64,000 nucleotides of DNA from Octopus sinensis (Eukaryota): contig NC_043013.1 of assembly GCF_006345805.1 (NCBI RefSeq), forward strand, positions 51,956,001 to 52,020,000, given 5' to 3'. The notes under the pieces were generated by a model, which did not search any database, was not told the DNA's origin, and saw only the letters and a program-made list of their open reading frames with translations. Numbering within the stretch: position 1 is the stretch's first letter; each line of letters begins with the position of its first letter. The translations under genes and the position numbers were made by a program. Of this stretch, positions 39,375 through 51,471 are shown piece after piece.

Positions 39375-41789
39375 CACGTATATATACATACACATATATA
39401 CATATATATATATAAATACACATATATACATACATATACATGTATATATACACATATATACATATATATATATATATGCACATATACACATATATTGATA
39501 TATATATATATACACACACATATACATATATATATACACACACATATACATACATATATACACACATATATACATACATACATATATACACACACACATA
39601 TATATATATAGATATACACACACACATATAAATCAGATAACCCCTGATCCGTTGAGTCACTGGGAAAGCCTGAGTTTCCCAGCAACGAAGTTTTGTTTTG
39701 TGGGGTGTTTTTCTTTCCATGCTTTCAACAAATGTGACATTGAAATCACATGTAAACAGCTCCTTTCCCCAGAATGGGAAAGATTTGGCTGCTATTTCTT
39801 GCACACCCTGCTACCACATAACAAGTATTTCGGGTCCTTTATTGCAAAAAGCTGTTACATGGTAGCAGGACGTGCTAGAAATAACAGCCAAATTTTGGGA
39901 GGTGAGATACACTGAATGCACTCGAAAGAAACCTATGGAAATAAACTTTCACACCAAGGTTATGAACCGGTCTTTTACAAAATATCTGCAGTATTTTTAA
40001 AGCAGTTTTCATTTAAAAATATTTTGCCCATCATAATGTGTCTAATGGAAAGGTTAGAATTTCTTCCTTTTCAGGGTTAAGTTATTTTTGGAGTATTTTC
40101 CCATTATGCACCATTTTGGGTATTTATACCCCCAAAACCCCAAATATCTCAATAACCAATGGTCCAATTTACGTGAAACTTGTTTTATTCCATTTGTTTT
40201 CGCATTTCAGGGGCACTTTACTTTCAAAGTATTTTCCCATTATGCCGCAGTTTGGCTGTGTAACATTGCAACCTAGTAAGCAAAATTGAAGTTCATTCTT
40301 AATGTATTATAGATATACACATATAAACATATGGCACATAATGATGTGAAATCTACCAATCCATAGTTTTCCTGAATTGTATCTACTACCAAACCAATGG
40401 AAATAATTTATCTATAACGGTTGACTAATAATTTTCTTAATATCTAATTTATCCTTCATTCATTTTATTATATAATTCTTCCCTTGCATATTGTTATTAT
40501 TTATTTGTTATACTTTTTATCTTCTTTCTTTACCTTTATTTTTATGTTATTTTTATTTTACTTTATTATATCTTTACTATTATCTATAACTCACTAGCTA
40601 AATACATAAGCATTATATATAGGGTCTGACTTCTTAAACTTATTGTCTGCATCCTTTCAAGAAATATGTTAACCCTTGTTCTAGAAGCTCATAAAACCCT
40701 GATGAGATTCTGCTCCATACAGTTGAAAATGACACCAATTCTTAGCAAATGCTTGGAATTACGTATCAACAAGGGGCAGGAATTGAAATATGCATGAAGG
40801 TTTTTGGCAGCTGCCATTTCCTTTAGGGCTTTACAATTTATAATTTATTTCTATTGTTTTTATTAAAAATTTCAACATCTTTATACCATACAAATAAATT
40901 ATTTATACATCCATTTTCTCCATTTTCTTTGGCCAATGCCAGCGCCACCTTGACTGGCTTCTATGCCGGTGGCACGTAAAAAGCACCAACCGATCGTGGC
41001 CAATGCCAGACTCCCCTGGCACGTGAAAAGCACCCACTACACTCGCTGAGTAGTTGGCGTTAGGAAGGGCATCCAGCTGTAGAAACACTGCCAGATCAGA
41101 CTGGAGCCTGGTGCAGCCCCTGGCTTCCCAGACCCCGGTCGAACCGTCCAACCCGTGCTAGCATGGAAAGCGGATGTTAAATGATGATGATGATGATATA
41201 AATGTTCGAAATGAGGTGTAGATAGACAGCTGGCACTGTTGGTGATATCCTGTACCCATATATATATGCATATATATATACTAGCAGTATCGCCCGGCGT
41301 TGCTCGGGTTTGTAAGGGAAATAATTATATAAGCAGTTTTAGAGATGTAAAGTATAATAGCCATCTCAATATGGCTAACCACAAAGGGGGAGGGGTGTTA
41401 CTGTAGCTTTTTACGTTCTGAGATTTAATAATAAATTTTAGAGAGTTACTTCCCTTATATATGTCAAAAATGGATTAAAAATGGGAAAAATTGATGGTAA
41501 ATTTTTTTTTAAATCGTAGACTCATCGTAGATGCGCACTAATACCCAGACGGTCTTGATATGAATCACGACTATAAGATACCCGGTTTTGGTTAAACTGC
41601 ACCGCAAAATGTGGGAGTAGTTAGGAATCTAAATCGTAGGAGACAGACACACAACCTCACTTTTATATATAAAGATTTCCTCTATTTACATAATAGTGAG
41701 GTCTCTTTCTTTCTTTTGTTATCTTACTGTTTTTACCAATATACATATATATATATATATAAATATATATATATAGTTACAGAGATGTA

Positions 41790-42094
41790 CTTGCATAGCA
41801 AGTGACTTGATCTGAGATCGTGTGCTGGAACGAAAACAGTTGCAGCGTTGAAGGTGTTTATAAGCCATTTAAGAAACACACAAAAACCGTTAGATTCACT
41901 TCAACATTTAAATTTAATTTGTCAAAATATTTTCGTCGCTTTGAGACCGCGACCTGTTAGCACGATATTTTTGTCAGTGAACAGGTCGCGGTCTGAAAGC
42001 GACGAAAATATTTTGGCAAATTAAATTTAATGTTGAAGTGAATGTAACGGTTTTTATGTTTCTTAAATGGCTTAGAAACACCTTCCAGGCTGCA
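41790..42094. mobile_element. Tail-to-tail inverted pair of a PLE-like terminal repeat; third copy at about 45530-45710
   Basis: Arms 41841-41958 and 41980-42094 with a 21-nt spacer; contains a hammerhead-like fold at 41970-42020. Confidence 0.6.
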
Positions 42095-42450
42095 ATATAT
42101 ATATACACACATATTATATATGTATGTATGTATGTATGTGTGTATGCATGTATGTGTGTGTGTGTGCGTGTCTGTGCTTGTGATTGTCCTCCACCACTGC
42201 TTGACAACGAATGTTGGTTTGTTTACATCCCTGTCACCTAGTGGTTTGACAAAGGAAACAGATAGAATAAGTACAATGCTTACAAAAATAAAACTGGAGT
42301 TGATTCATTAAACTACAATCTTCAAGGCATTGCCCCAGCATGGCCACAGACCAATGGCTGGAAAAAGCAGAAGAATAAAAGAATACATTCTCTGCTTTGG
42401 TCTTATGTTCAAGGCATGAGAAAGCTTGAGTTTACATGAGAAGGCCTAAC

Positions 42451-44996
42451 AGACCTGGTAGAAACAGCAGCCAAATCTCCCTCAAATCACACCTTACTGT
42501 CTTATGTATGTATATATATATGAGCCAATGAGGGGGACCTCTACATGGTAGCTAGACCTGGTAGAAATACCAGCCAAATTTCCCCCAAATCACACCTTAC
42601 TGTCTTATCTATGTATATATATATGTATGAGCCTATGAGGGAGACCCCTACATGGCAGCTAGACCTGGTAGAAATAGCAGCCAAACCCCAAATCACACCT
42701 TACTGTCTTATCTATGTATATATGTATGTATGAGCCTATGAGGGAGACCCCTACATGGCAGCTAGACCTGGTAGAAATAGCAGCCAAATTTCCCCCAAAT
42801 CACACCTTACTGTCTTATCTATGTATATATGAACTATATGGTCGTTATATTGACGACATTATCGGTGCCACCTCACTCTCCCGCGAACATCTAGATTCCT
42901 TCCTCTCTTTCGTCCAATCTTTCCATCCAGCCCTCCACTTCACTTCCACTATCTCCAACACCTCTGTCTCCTTCTCGATATTTCGGTTAGCATTCTTCAC
43001 TCCACTCTTACCACCTCCATTCACTACAAACACACAGACTCACACTCATACCTCAACTTCTCTTCCTCCCACCCAGAACACACCAAGCTTTCCATCCCCT
43101 ATTCCCAATTCCTCCGTCTACGTAGGCTCTGTAGTGACGACCATGACTTTGAGACTCAGTCTCAACGTATGGCTCACCACTTCACCCTACGTGGATACCC
43201 CCTCACCACTATCCACACCGCCCTTGCCAGAGCACGGTCCGTGGACCGTGTATCTGCTCTCTCTCCCCGAACCCGCCCTGTAGTCTCCCGCCTCCCTTTT
43301 CCCCTCACTTACCACCCCACGACCCTACGTCTCCAACGCACCATTCTTCGAGCTTTCCGTCATCTCCAGTCCGACCCGTCCACTTCACACCTCTTCCCTA
43401 ACCGACCCCTCCCCTCTTTCAAACGAGCCCACAACCTTCGAGACCTTTTGGTCCATAGCTCCTTCCCTGACCCTACCTCCCAACCCGGCTCGTTCCCTGC
43501 TCCCGCCCACGTTGCCCGCACTTGCCCTTACCTCTCCAACACCACTCGCCTCACTAGCACCCACCATCGACCCTATCCCATCATCCACTCCTTCACCTGC
43601 ACCTCCAGCAATATTATCTATTGCATCTCTTGCTCTCTCTGCAATCCTTGTACATCGGACAAACGGGACGCCGCTTGGCTGACCGGTTCGCGGAACACCT
43701 TCGTGACATCCACCTTGCGAACGACACACCGGTCTCACGCCATTTCCGCTCCACCGGTCACTCCTTGCAAACCTATCTGTGTTCGGTTTGTCCTTACACA
43801 GAGGCCATCCGGATTCCCGTTTGCGCCGTGAACAGGAATTAATCTTCTCTCTTCGCTCTTATACGCCATTGGTCTCAACTCTCCCCCCCTCCTCATCTAA
43901 ACCCCCCTCTCCCCCCCTCCTCACCTATCCTTTCTCCCCCCCGACCCCTACTTCTTCAGTCCTTCATCCTTTCACCCCTACTCCCCTTCCCTTCTTCCCT
44001 TTCTTCTCCCTCCCTCTTCCCCTTCCCTCTGCTCCCTCACTCCCTCTCTCCCCTTCTCCTCTCCCCTCTCCCTCTTTCCTCCTTCATCCCCCTCTCACCT
44101 TCCTTCTCCCCCATCATCGTCTCCTCTTCCCCCTTCTCCTCCCCCTCTTCTTCCCCTCCCCTTCTCTCCCCCCTCTTCTCCCCTCCTCCCCCTCTTCTCC
44201 TCACTACACCACATGACTTTACACATCACATCACATATGATGTGCCATACTAATACACACACCAACTAATACATACTAATACGTACTAATACATACTAGT
44301 ACATACTAATACTTACACCAACCCTATACATACACACGTCCAGACCCCGCATACGCACTTATACTCTCTCTCACACACACACACACACACCTATACATAC
44401 CAATACGTACTAATACATACTAATACATACTAATACATACACCAACCCCATACATACGCACGTCCAGACCAATCTTACGCACTAATACTCTCTCATACAC
44501 ACACACACACACACACACACATCCTTATACATACTAATACATACACCAACCCTATACATACACACATCCAGACCCCTCCCATGCACTTTTAGCTGGTCCC
44601 TCAACCCGTTTATCAACCCTATTATCTCCCCTTATTTCGCTCTCGCGTCTCATGTTTGATCTTTGACCTCTGGCCGAAATCAGATCGCCATGTTGATTCG
44701 TTAGCTACTGCACGCATTTTTTTTCTCTCCTTCTTTCTGTGTTTTTCTCTCTCTGTGTATCTTTCTGTTGAAGAGCGTAGGCTCGAAACGTTAAAGACTT
44801 GTTTTATTTATATTCCTGAGGCCATACTAATACAATTGTTCGTTTGTTTTCCACCTGCCTTCGTCTTTTGTTTATTTTCATAAGCTTCCCGTTATATATG
44901 TATGTATGAGCCTATGAGGGAGACCCCTACATGGCAGCTAGACATGGTAGAAATAGCAGCCAAATCTCCCTCAAATCACACCTTACTGTCTTATCT
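42451..44996 (+). repeat. About 105-bp tandem array (5 units) interrupted by a Penelope-like element
   Basis: Unit agacctggtagaaatagcagccaaat...caccttactgtcttat...tatgagcctatgagggagacccctacatggcagct starts at about 42451, 42554, 42661, 42764 and, after the insertion, 44940. Confidence 0.85.
42835..44890 (+). mobile_element. 5'-truncated Penelope-like retroelement (RT C-terminus, Cys-rich linker, GIY-YIG endonuclease; Neptune-like)
   Basis: GRYIDDI RT motif; HP.HTK.SIPYSQFLRLRRLCSDD; CSRPRC-TC linker; NIIYCISCSLC.SLYIGQTGRRLADRFAEH GIY-YIG. A few 1-nt frameshifts. 3' C/T-rich tract and terminal repeat. Confidence 0.92.
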
Positions 44997-46299
44997 TTCT
45001 GCTACTTGGATATAGGTGTTATATTCGTCGTAAAAAACTTTCCTGTCACACACTCACGCACACGCACACACACACACACGCACCCTCATACACACACACG
45101 CGCACACCCACACACACCCACTCACACACACGCACGTTAGCTTACAATTTTATTTATATATTGCGTGTCTATTTGTTGAAAGAGGAAGTGGGAGGCAGAG
45201 TGAAAGAATCACTCACTACAGTAAGTCAATTACTTTCATTTTATTCGTTGCCCACTGTGTGTGTGCGTTTGCGTGTGCTGTAAACCAGACTAAGAAAAGC
45301 ATTTGACACACACACCAGAATGTGAGTTTTCTGTAAATTTTGCTTAATTGGAGTTTAAATTTTAAAAACTGGACCTGGCATGACGCGATGCATTGTACTC
45401 TTAAAAATGCAAGGTAAATTGTAATTGAAGAAATCCTATATTGTAGATTTGTATAACTCCCAAAGGGAGGCAGATAAAATCTGCCTTTTATAATAAGAGA
45501 TATATATATATACAACACAGGATTGTGTCAGTGAAAAGGTCGCAGTCTCAAAGCGACAAAAATATTTTGGTAAATTAAATTTAAATGTTGAAGTGAATCT
45601 AACAGTTTTTGTGTGTTTTTAAATGGCTTATAAACACCTACACTGCAGTTGTTTTCGTTCCAGCACATGATCTCAGATCGAGTCACTTGCTATGCAAGTA
45701 CATCTCCACAATAATATATATTTATATATATATATATATTGGTAGAATAAGAAATAGGAAGTCCTTGGTACAGTATTGTATAATTAGATGCTTATAAATT
45801 ATAAGGTGTTTACAAATCGTGACTCTGTTGTAAGTTTTTTTGCCTAAAAGCGGTTTTCAAAATGATATTTTAGAGTTTGTTATCCACTGTGTAGGTAAGG
45901 CTGTTGAACTATGAACATACAAAATATACTAGCATACATATACATACGAGGGGCTGCTGAAAACTTCTAGGCTTTAAGGGTATTGCGAAAGGCCTGGTTG
46001 TAGGTCCAACCTTCCAACTTCTTTTACGGGGCTTAGAAAAACTGAAGGACCACTGCAATAAGTGTGTGAATCTGAGGGGGGAACAGGTTGAATAAAATTT
46101 GTAATTAATTGATCCCCCTGTATTTTCTTTTGCCTAAAGCCAGGAACTTTCCAAAATCCCCTCGTATATCCAGGCACATATACACACATGTGTGTATATA
46201 AAAAATACCATATCTAATTTAAACCGTAGATACTACTAGGGGCTGGTTTTAGATGCGGCGTCAGTATAGACAGGAACACAAACTGGGTCTTATATTTAC

Positions 46300-46323
46300 C
46301 ACATTAAACCCCATTTGTTCCAT
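46300..46323 (-). CDS. Candidate start-codon mini-exon for the ANKRD54-like gene (speculative)
   Basis: ATG GAA CAA ATG GGG TTT AAT GTG|gtaaat gives MEQMGFNV ending in phase 0, matching the phase-0 acceptor at 35751. Lies in a CpG-retaining region. No homology support. Confidence 0.2.
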
Positions 46324-46414
46324 AAACGAAACTAGGCCTTTCGGTCACTACGTTATTCTTACCGATTAAAAACAACACACACACACACACACATACACGT
46401 ATATATATATATAT

Positions 46415-46689
46415 ATATCTGTCCCTTTTGCTGTCCTGGTGTTCGTGTGCATTCGATCCTTCTTCCAGGAAATCTACGCTTCCAGCTTAGTTTTTCTAAT
46501 GCTCGTTGCTTAGTTTTTCTTGGAGGGCTGGCCGTGATCTAGTAATCTCAAGATTAATCAGCCGAAATTACTACGATGATCCGGTTCTGACTGAAGACTG
46601 AGGGGTTCGAATGTCCTGTCCATTTTTATTGTATCGTCTTCTAAGAGTTATACGTTCTTGTCCATGTTGTATTTTTCTACATACCTTAA
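46415..46689 (-). mobile_element. 275-bp retroposon-like repeat, copy 1 of a near-identical pair
   Basis: Matches 47261-47536 with about 3 differences. Confidence 0.75.
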
Positions 46690-47260
46690 CATATATTCCA
46701 GGCGCCCCGTACCCCCCTTATCATTATGTGAACACATATTCTTAATAATTGGTACGACTCTCTGTTTGTCTCTCTCTCTCTCTCATTTTTACTTGATCTG
46801 TCCCCCCCTCTCTCTCTTTCTCTCTATTATCTTCTCTTTCCTCTGATCCTTTGGTCTAGTCTTCCACTACCCTCCTATTTCTTTGTCTCGCTCTGCACTC
46901 ACAGGTCATTCTTCGACACCCATCCCTTCTCCTCTCTGATTCCTTCTTTCTCTCTCTTCTCTCTCTTTGTTGCGTTTTGTCCCCCTTTTCTCTCTCTCTC
47001 TTCCTTTGCTTCTCTTTCTTTTCTTTTCCCTCTTCTCTGTCACGTGACTGTTGGCCGAAATCTGCCTTTCAGCTCCTGACCCTCGTCGTGTTAACATCGT
47101 GTTTTTCGTCCGCCGCTATAAAGGCTTTTTCCAATGCGCCAGGGAAAAAATTGTTTGCTTGTTATCAGTCGTAAGACACTTGTTGTTTTCACCGTTAATG
47201 CTTCTGTATTTCATGTTCTGTATTCCATTATTGTTTTTTTTTTTTTTTTTTTTTTTTTTT

Positions 47261-47536
47261 ATATCTGTCCCTTTTGCTGTCCTGGTGTTCGTGTGCATTC
47301 GATCCTTCTTCCAGGAAATCTACGCTTCCAGCTTAGTTTTTCTAATGCTCGTTGCTTAGTTTTTCTTGGAGGGCTGGCCGTGATCTAGTAATCTCAAGAT
47401 TAATCAGCCGAAATTACTACGATGATCCGGTTCTTGACTGAAGACTGAGGGGTTCGAATGTCCTGTCCGTGTTTATTGTATCGTCTTCTAAGAGTTATAC
47501 GTTCTTGTCCATGTTGTATTTTTCTACATACCTTAA
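47261..47536 (-). mobile_element. 275-bp retroposon-like repeat, copy 2, with poly(A) tail
   Basis: Preceded on the plus strand by a T-run (about 47235-47260), which is a poly(A) tail on the minus strand. Confidence 0.75.
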
Positions 47537-48211
47537 TATATATATATATATATATATGTATATGTATGTATGTATGTATGTGTGAGATAACAATACTGCT
47601 CTTTCTAATAAACATCAGCCGCAGTCTTCACAATGACAATTAAGAAACTGCTATATACACTCCCTCACTCGACCTGATGCTACACATAACAACCAAATCT
47701 CCCTCATATATCACACCAGACCTTCTTACAAAGAGTAAGGCCGAGAACATTGCAATAACATAGTCCTAGGTGCACTATGTCTGAATAAAATATGAGGTGT
47801 TTATAGTCGGCCTTTTTCGATCTTAGGTCCATTTGGTGACTATAAAACTCGGACAATATATATATATATACCAGTTACAAGAGTCTCAATGAAGTCATTC
47901 GACGCGCTAAACATAGCAACCATCTATTCCCCTTAATTGAAAAAAAAGGATGCATTTTACAATGTCGTCCTGAAATATAAAAAGACGGGATAGTCACAGC
48001 TGGAACGCTTTTCTTTATAGGTCTGGATGATGAGGGCCAGCATGAAATTAGCAATACAAAAAAAATACATACACACACATATCGATAGTTATATATACAT
48101 GTATATATATATATATATATATATCAATGTGAATAACAAGAAAACATAATACATATATACATATACGCACACATATATACAGATATATATATATATATAT
48201 ATATAATATAT

Positions 48212-48261
<50 letters not shown>

Positions 48262-49160
48262 TAAACACCTTTTTATCTACATCAACATCCAAGTAATTAA
48301 CACACATATACATGAATTAAAGAAACCATCGAGGCAGCCTCTAGCCTCTACACGATGGCCCCGATCTGCTAGAAATAACAGGCAAATCTCCCTCAAATTA
48401 CACACGGTCGTCGTTAAATAATGTTGGACACATTTTAAAGCCATTGGTATGCAGTGTCTGATGGGATTGTCACGGCTGAAAACCCCTGGTTTTTAACACA
48501 TATTATTATTGTTTAGATCTAAGTTTAAACGTGCGATCTTGTGTGTGTTAAATGTTGTAAATATTCTCACCTGGATATTCCGAGTGGAATCGGGATTTTG
48601 GTTCTGGTCTTTGTCTATGTTCATGGCTTTTGCCCAACGAGGAACGACATTAACGGAGGAAGAAACGTTGTAATTATTCTTAATTGTCACGGCTATGGAA
48701 TGTGCGCGCGAGAGAGAGAGTATTTATAAAATATATATGGATATATACGTATATATATATATTATATATATATATGTATGTATACAGAGAGACGGAGACA
48801 GAGAAAGGGGGTGTGTATATGGAATCCAACAGTTGCGAATATAGAGGAGGGAGAGAGTACAGGGAATATAGAGGGGGACAGACAATGAGAGAGGGAGGGG
48901 GGTAGATTCTGATATAAGAGGTATTTAGAGAGGGGGGCGAATGGGGAGGAGGAAGAGTGAATTGAATATAGAGAGGGGCGGAGGATGAGTACAGATAAAG
49001 AGGAGGGCGAGAGAGAGAGAGAGGGAGGGAGAGAGAGATAAAGCAGTCTGAGAGATCGATGGAGAGAAGAAAAAAAATTGATAGACTGACAGAGGAATAG
49101 ATATTCCCAAAACCAAGAGACGAGTAGAGATAAAAGAGAAGAGTAGGATATATATAATAT

Positions 49161-49205
<45 letters not shown>

Positions 49206-49263
49206 ATATATGTTTAGAGAGGCTGACAAAATAAAAGAGGAAGATATATATGTATATGTATGG

Positions 49264-49318
<55 letters not shown>

Positions 49319-49989
49319 AGACTATAGATAAAAAAATATATAAATCAGCCAATGTTCAAAATAAAGCTTTCCCTCTCCGTTTTGCTGTGTATGGAGATGT
49401 ATTCCTCCGTTGTACACAAAAATAAATATTATGGTAATTATTGTTGATATTCTCTATAAAAGATATAATTACTTGGTTCTAATGAGAGACATCCAGCAAA
49501 ATGGACAACAACAGTCGCTTACATCCTTAAACCAAAAATAATGTTTTTTTTTTGGTTTTTTTTTTATTTATCATCATCAGTAGTTGAATTATTTAAATCC
49601 TTAAATCAGCAACTTTTGTATTCCTTCCTTTGGCGGTGATCGATCAAACTTTGATTAATAATAATTAAATAGTAATATAATTTAATAAAACTTTGGTATA
49701 TTTTTTTATGATGTCGCTTACATCCTTAAGTAAACAAATCAATTAACTCTTTCTCCACAAATAATTTCACGATTTAGATTTTAATTGCAATCTCCACAGC
49801 AGAGATTCCCAACCTTATTTTGTTTGTTTTTACATTAAAATAAATTATAAAATGTTTTGGTAAATTTAGGGAATCGCGGCGAAATAGAAATTGGGGATTA
49901 TACAAAAACATCAAGGTTCACATGAAATACTGAAACGAAAACAGAAATTACTGTTTATTAATTGTATTTTTTTCTTTTTTTGTTTTTCG

Positions 49990-50556
49990 AACTCATTTGA
50001 TGCTCGTTCAGTTCGTGTGGCACCCACTTGTCCAGCTTCTTTACTTTGCCGATTTGTTTCAGATGGTCCAATACAGTTGGAATCGAAACATCAAACTTTG
50101 CTGCTATTTCACGCGTAGTTTGAGATGTGTCAGCTTCCACTACAGTTTCCAGCTCATCATTATCCACCTTGGTCTCAGGTCGACCACGGGGCTGATTCTG
50201 AAGAGTAAAGTCACCAGATCGGAACTTCTCAAACCATCGTCGCACAGTGCGCTCATTCGCCGCATCTTCACCAAACACCTCGTTGATGTTTCGAGCCGTC
50301 TGCGAGGCGTTGGTCCCACGACGGAACTCATATTCATAGACAACGCGAAGTTTTGATCTATCCATGGGTTCACAAAAATTGAATTTATAAGAGAAAACTC
50401 ACAATATAATCAGACACCAAGAATTACATTTCGAAAAGTGATGACGTAACTCTTCAATAATGTAAAACAAAGAATTGTCAGGATAAAACATTAGAGTTAA
50501 CCACTGCCAAACTTGGTGCTTAAGGAAATCAGACATTTCATTCTTAACACCCAATA
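49990..50556 (-). mobile_element. 3'-truncated mariner with intact N-terminal DNA-binding ORF
   Basis: ORF 49958-50365: YEFRRGTNASQTARNINEVFGEDAANERTVRRWFEKFRSGDF...RGRP...KVKKLDKWVPHEL, cut right after WVPHEL; terminus tattgggtgttaagaatg at about 50556. Confidence 0.92.
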
Positions 50557-51052
50557 CACACACACACATATGGGGAGAGACGAAGATGACTCATAAATAC
50601 AAATGCATACAATTAGCCTACTTATCACTATTTTTCGTGGAAGCCCAGGCATTCCGGGAAACCCGGTTCGGGAATGAGGATCTAGAAATAACAGCCAAAA
50701 TCTCCCTCACTCCACATTCTGTTGTCTTTGAAAATAAATAAAATAAAAAGTGGGGGCACTTTGAATAATGTAGTTTGAGATAAAAGACGGGATGGTTATG
50801 GCTGGAGTGACTTGGGTCATGGGTCAGCTTGATTAATTATAGGGTTAAACATGATACTCTATGTACCAGACAACAAGGGAATCTGAATGTGGTCGGTCGG
50901 TGTGCTAGAAATAACAGTCAAATCTCCGATTTAGATTATTGATGCTTTTAAACAAAAGCGATTATCACGACCGGAACGATTCTGGTAATTCGTGAGAATT
51001 CGCGTCTGAGAAAACACACGCTTACACAATATATACACATGTAGATACATGC

Positions 51053-51095
<43 letters not shown>

Positions 51096-51119
51096 TAGAA
51101 AGGCAAACAAACGGATGGC

Positions 51120-51177
<58 letters not shown>

Positions 51178-51211
51178 GGAGAGAGAGAGAGAGAGAGAGA
51201 GAGATAGATTG

Positions 51212-51246
<35 letters not shown>

Positions 51247-51428
51247 TTGATAGATAGATAGAGAGAGAGAGATAGATATGTTTCTTTATTAGCCACACAG
51301 GGCTGCACACAGACGGGACAGATTACAAAGAGCTTTTCTTTTTGGGGGAGAGAAAAAAATATAGAGGTGGGGTAGGTTTTCGATAAAAAGGGAAAGCAGA
51401 AAAATGGGGGGAAAAGAGAGAGAGAGAG

Positions 51429-51471
<43 letters not shown>

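Noticed and set aside
46580-46625. CTGAAGA...GAAT segment as a hammerhead in the 275-bp repeat
   Set aside because: No convincing helix II, and GAAT instead of GAAA.
46903-47097. ORF MLTRRGSG...GVEE* and the alternative ATG ACC T|gtgagt as ANKRD54 coding exon 1
   Set aside because: The first frame stops before the donor. The second ends in phase 1 and would have to skip the phase-0 exon at 35574-35751. Kept only as a possible UTR exon.
49360-49420. Peptide NKAFPLRFAVYGDV, reminiscent of the purple acid phosphatase FAVYGD motif
   Set aside because: Only about 6 residues match, there is no polypyrimidine acceptor, and no neighbouring exons of such a gene were found.
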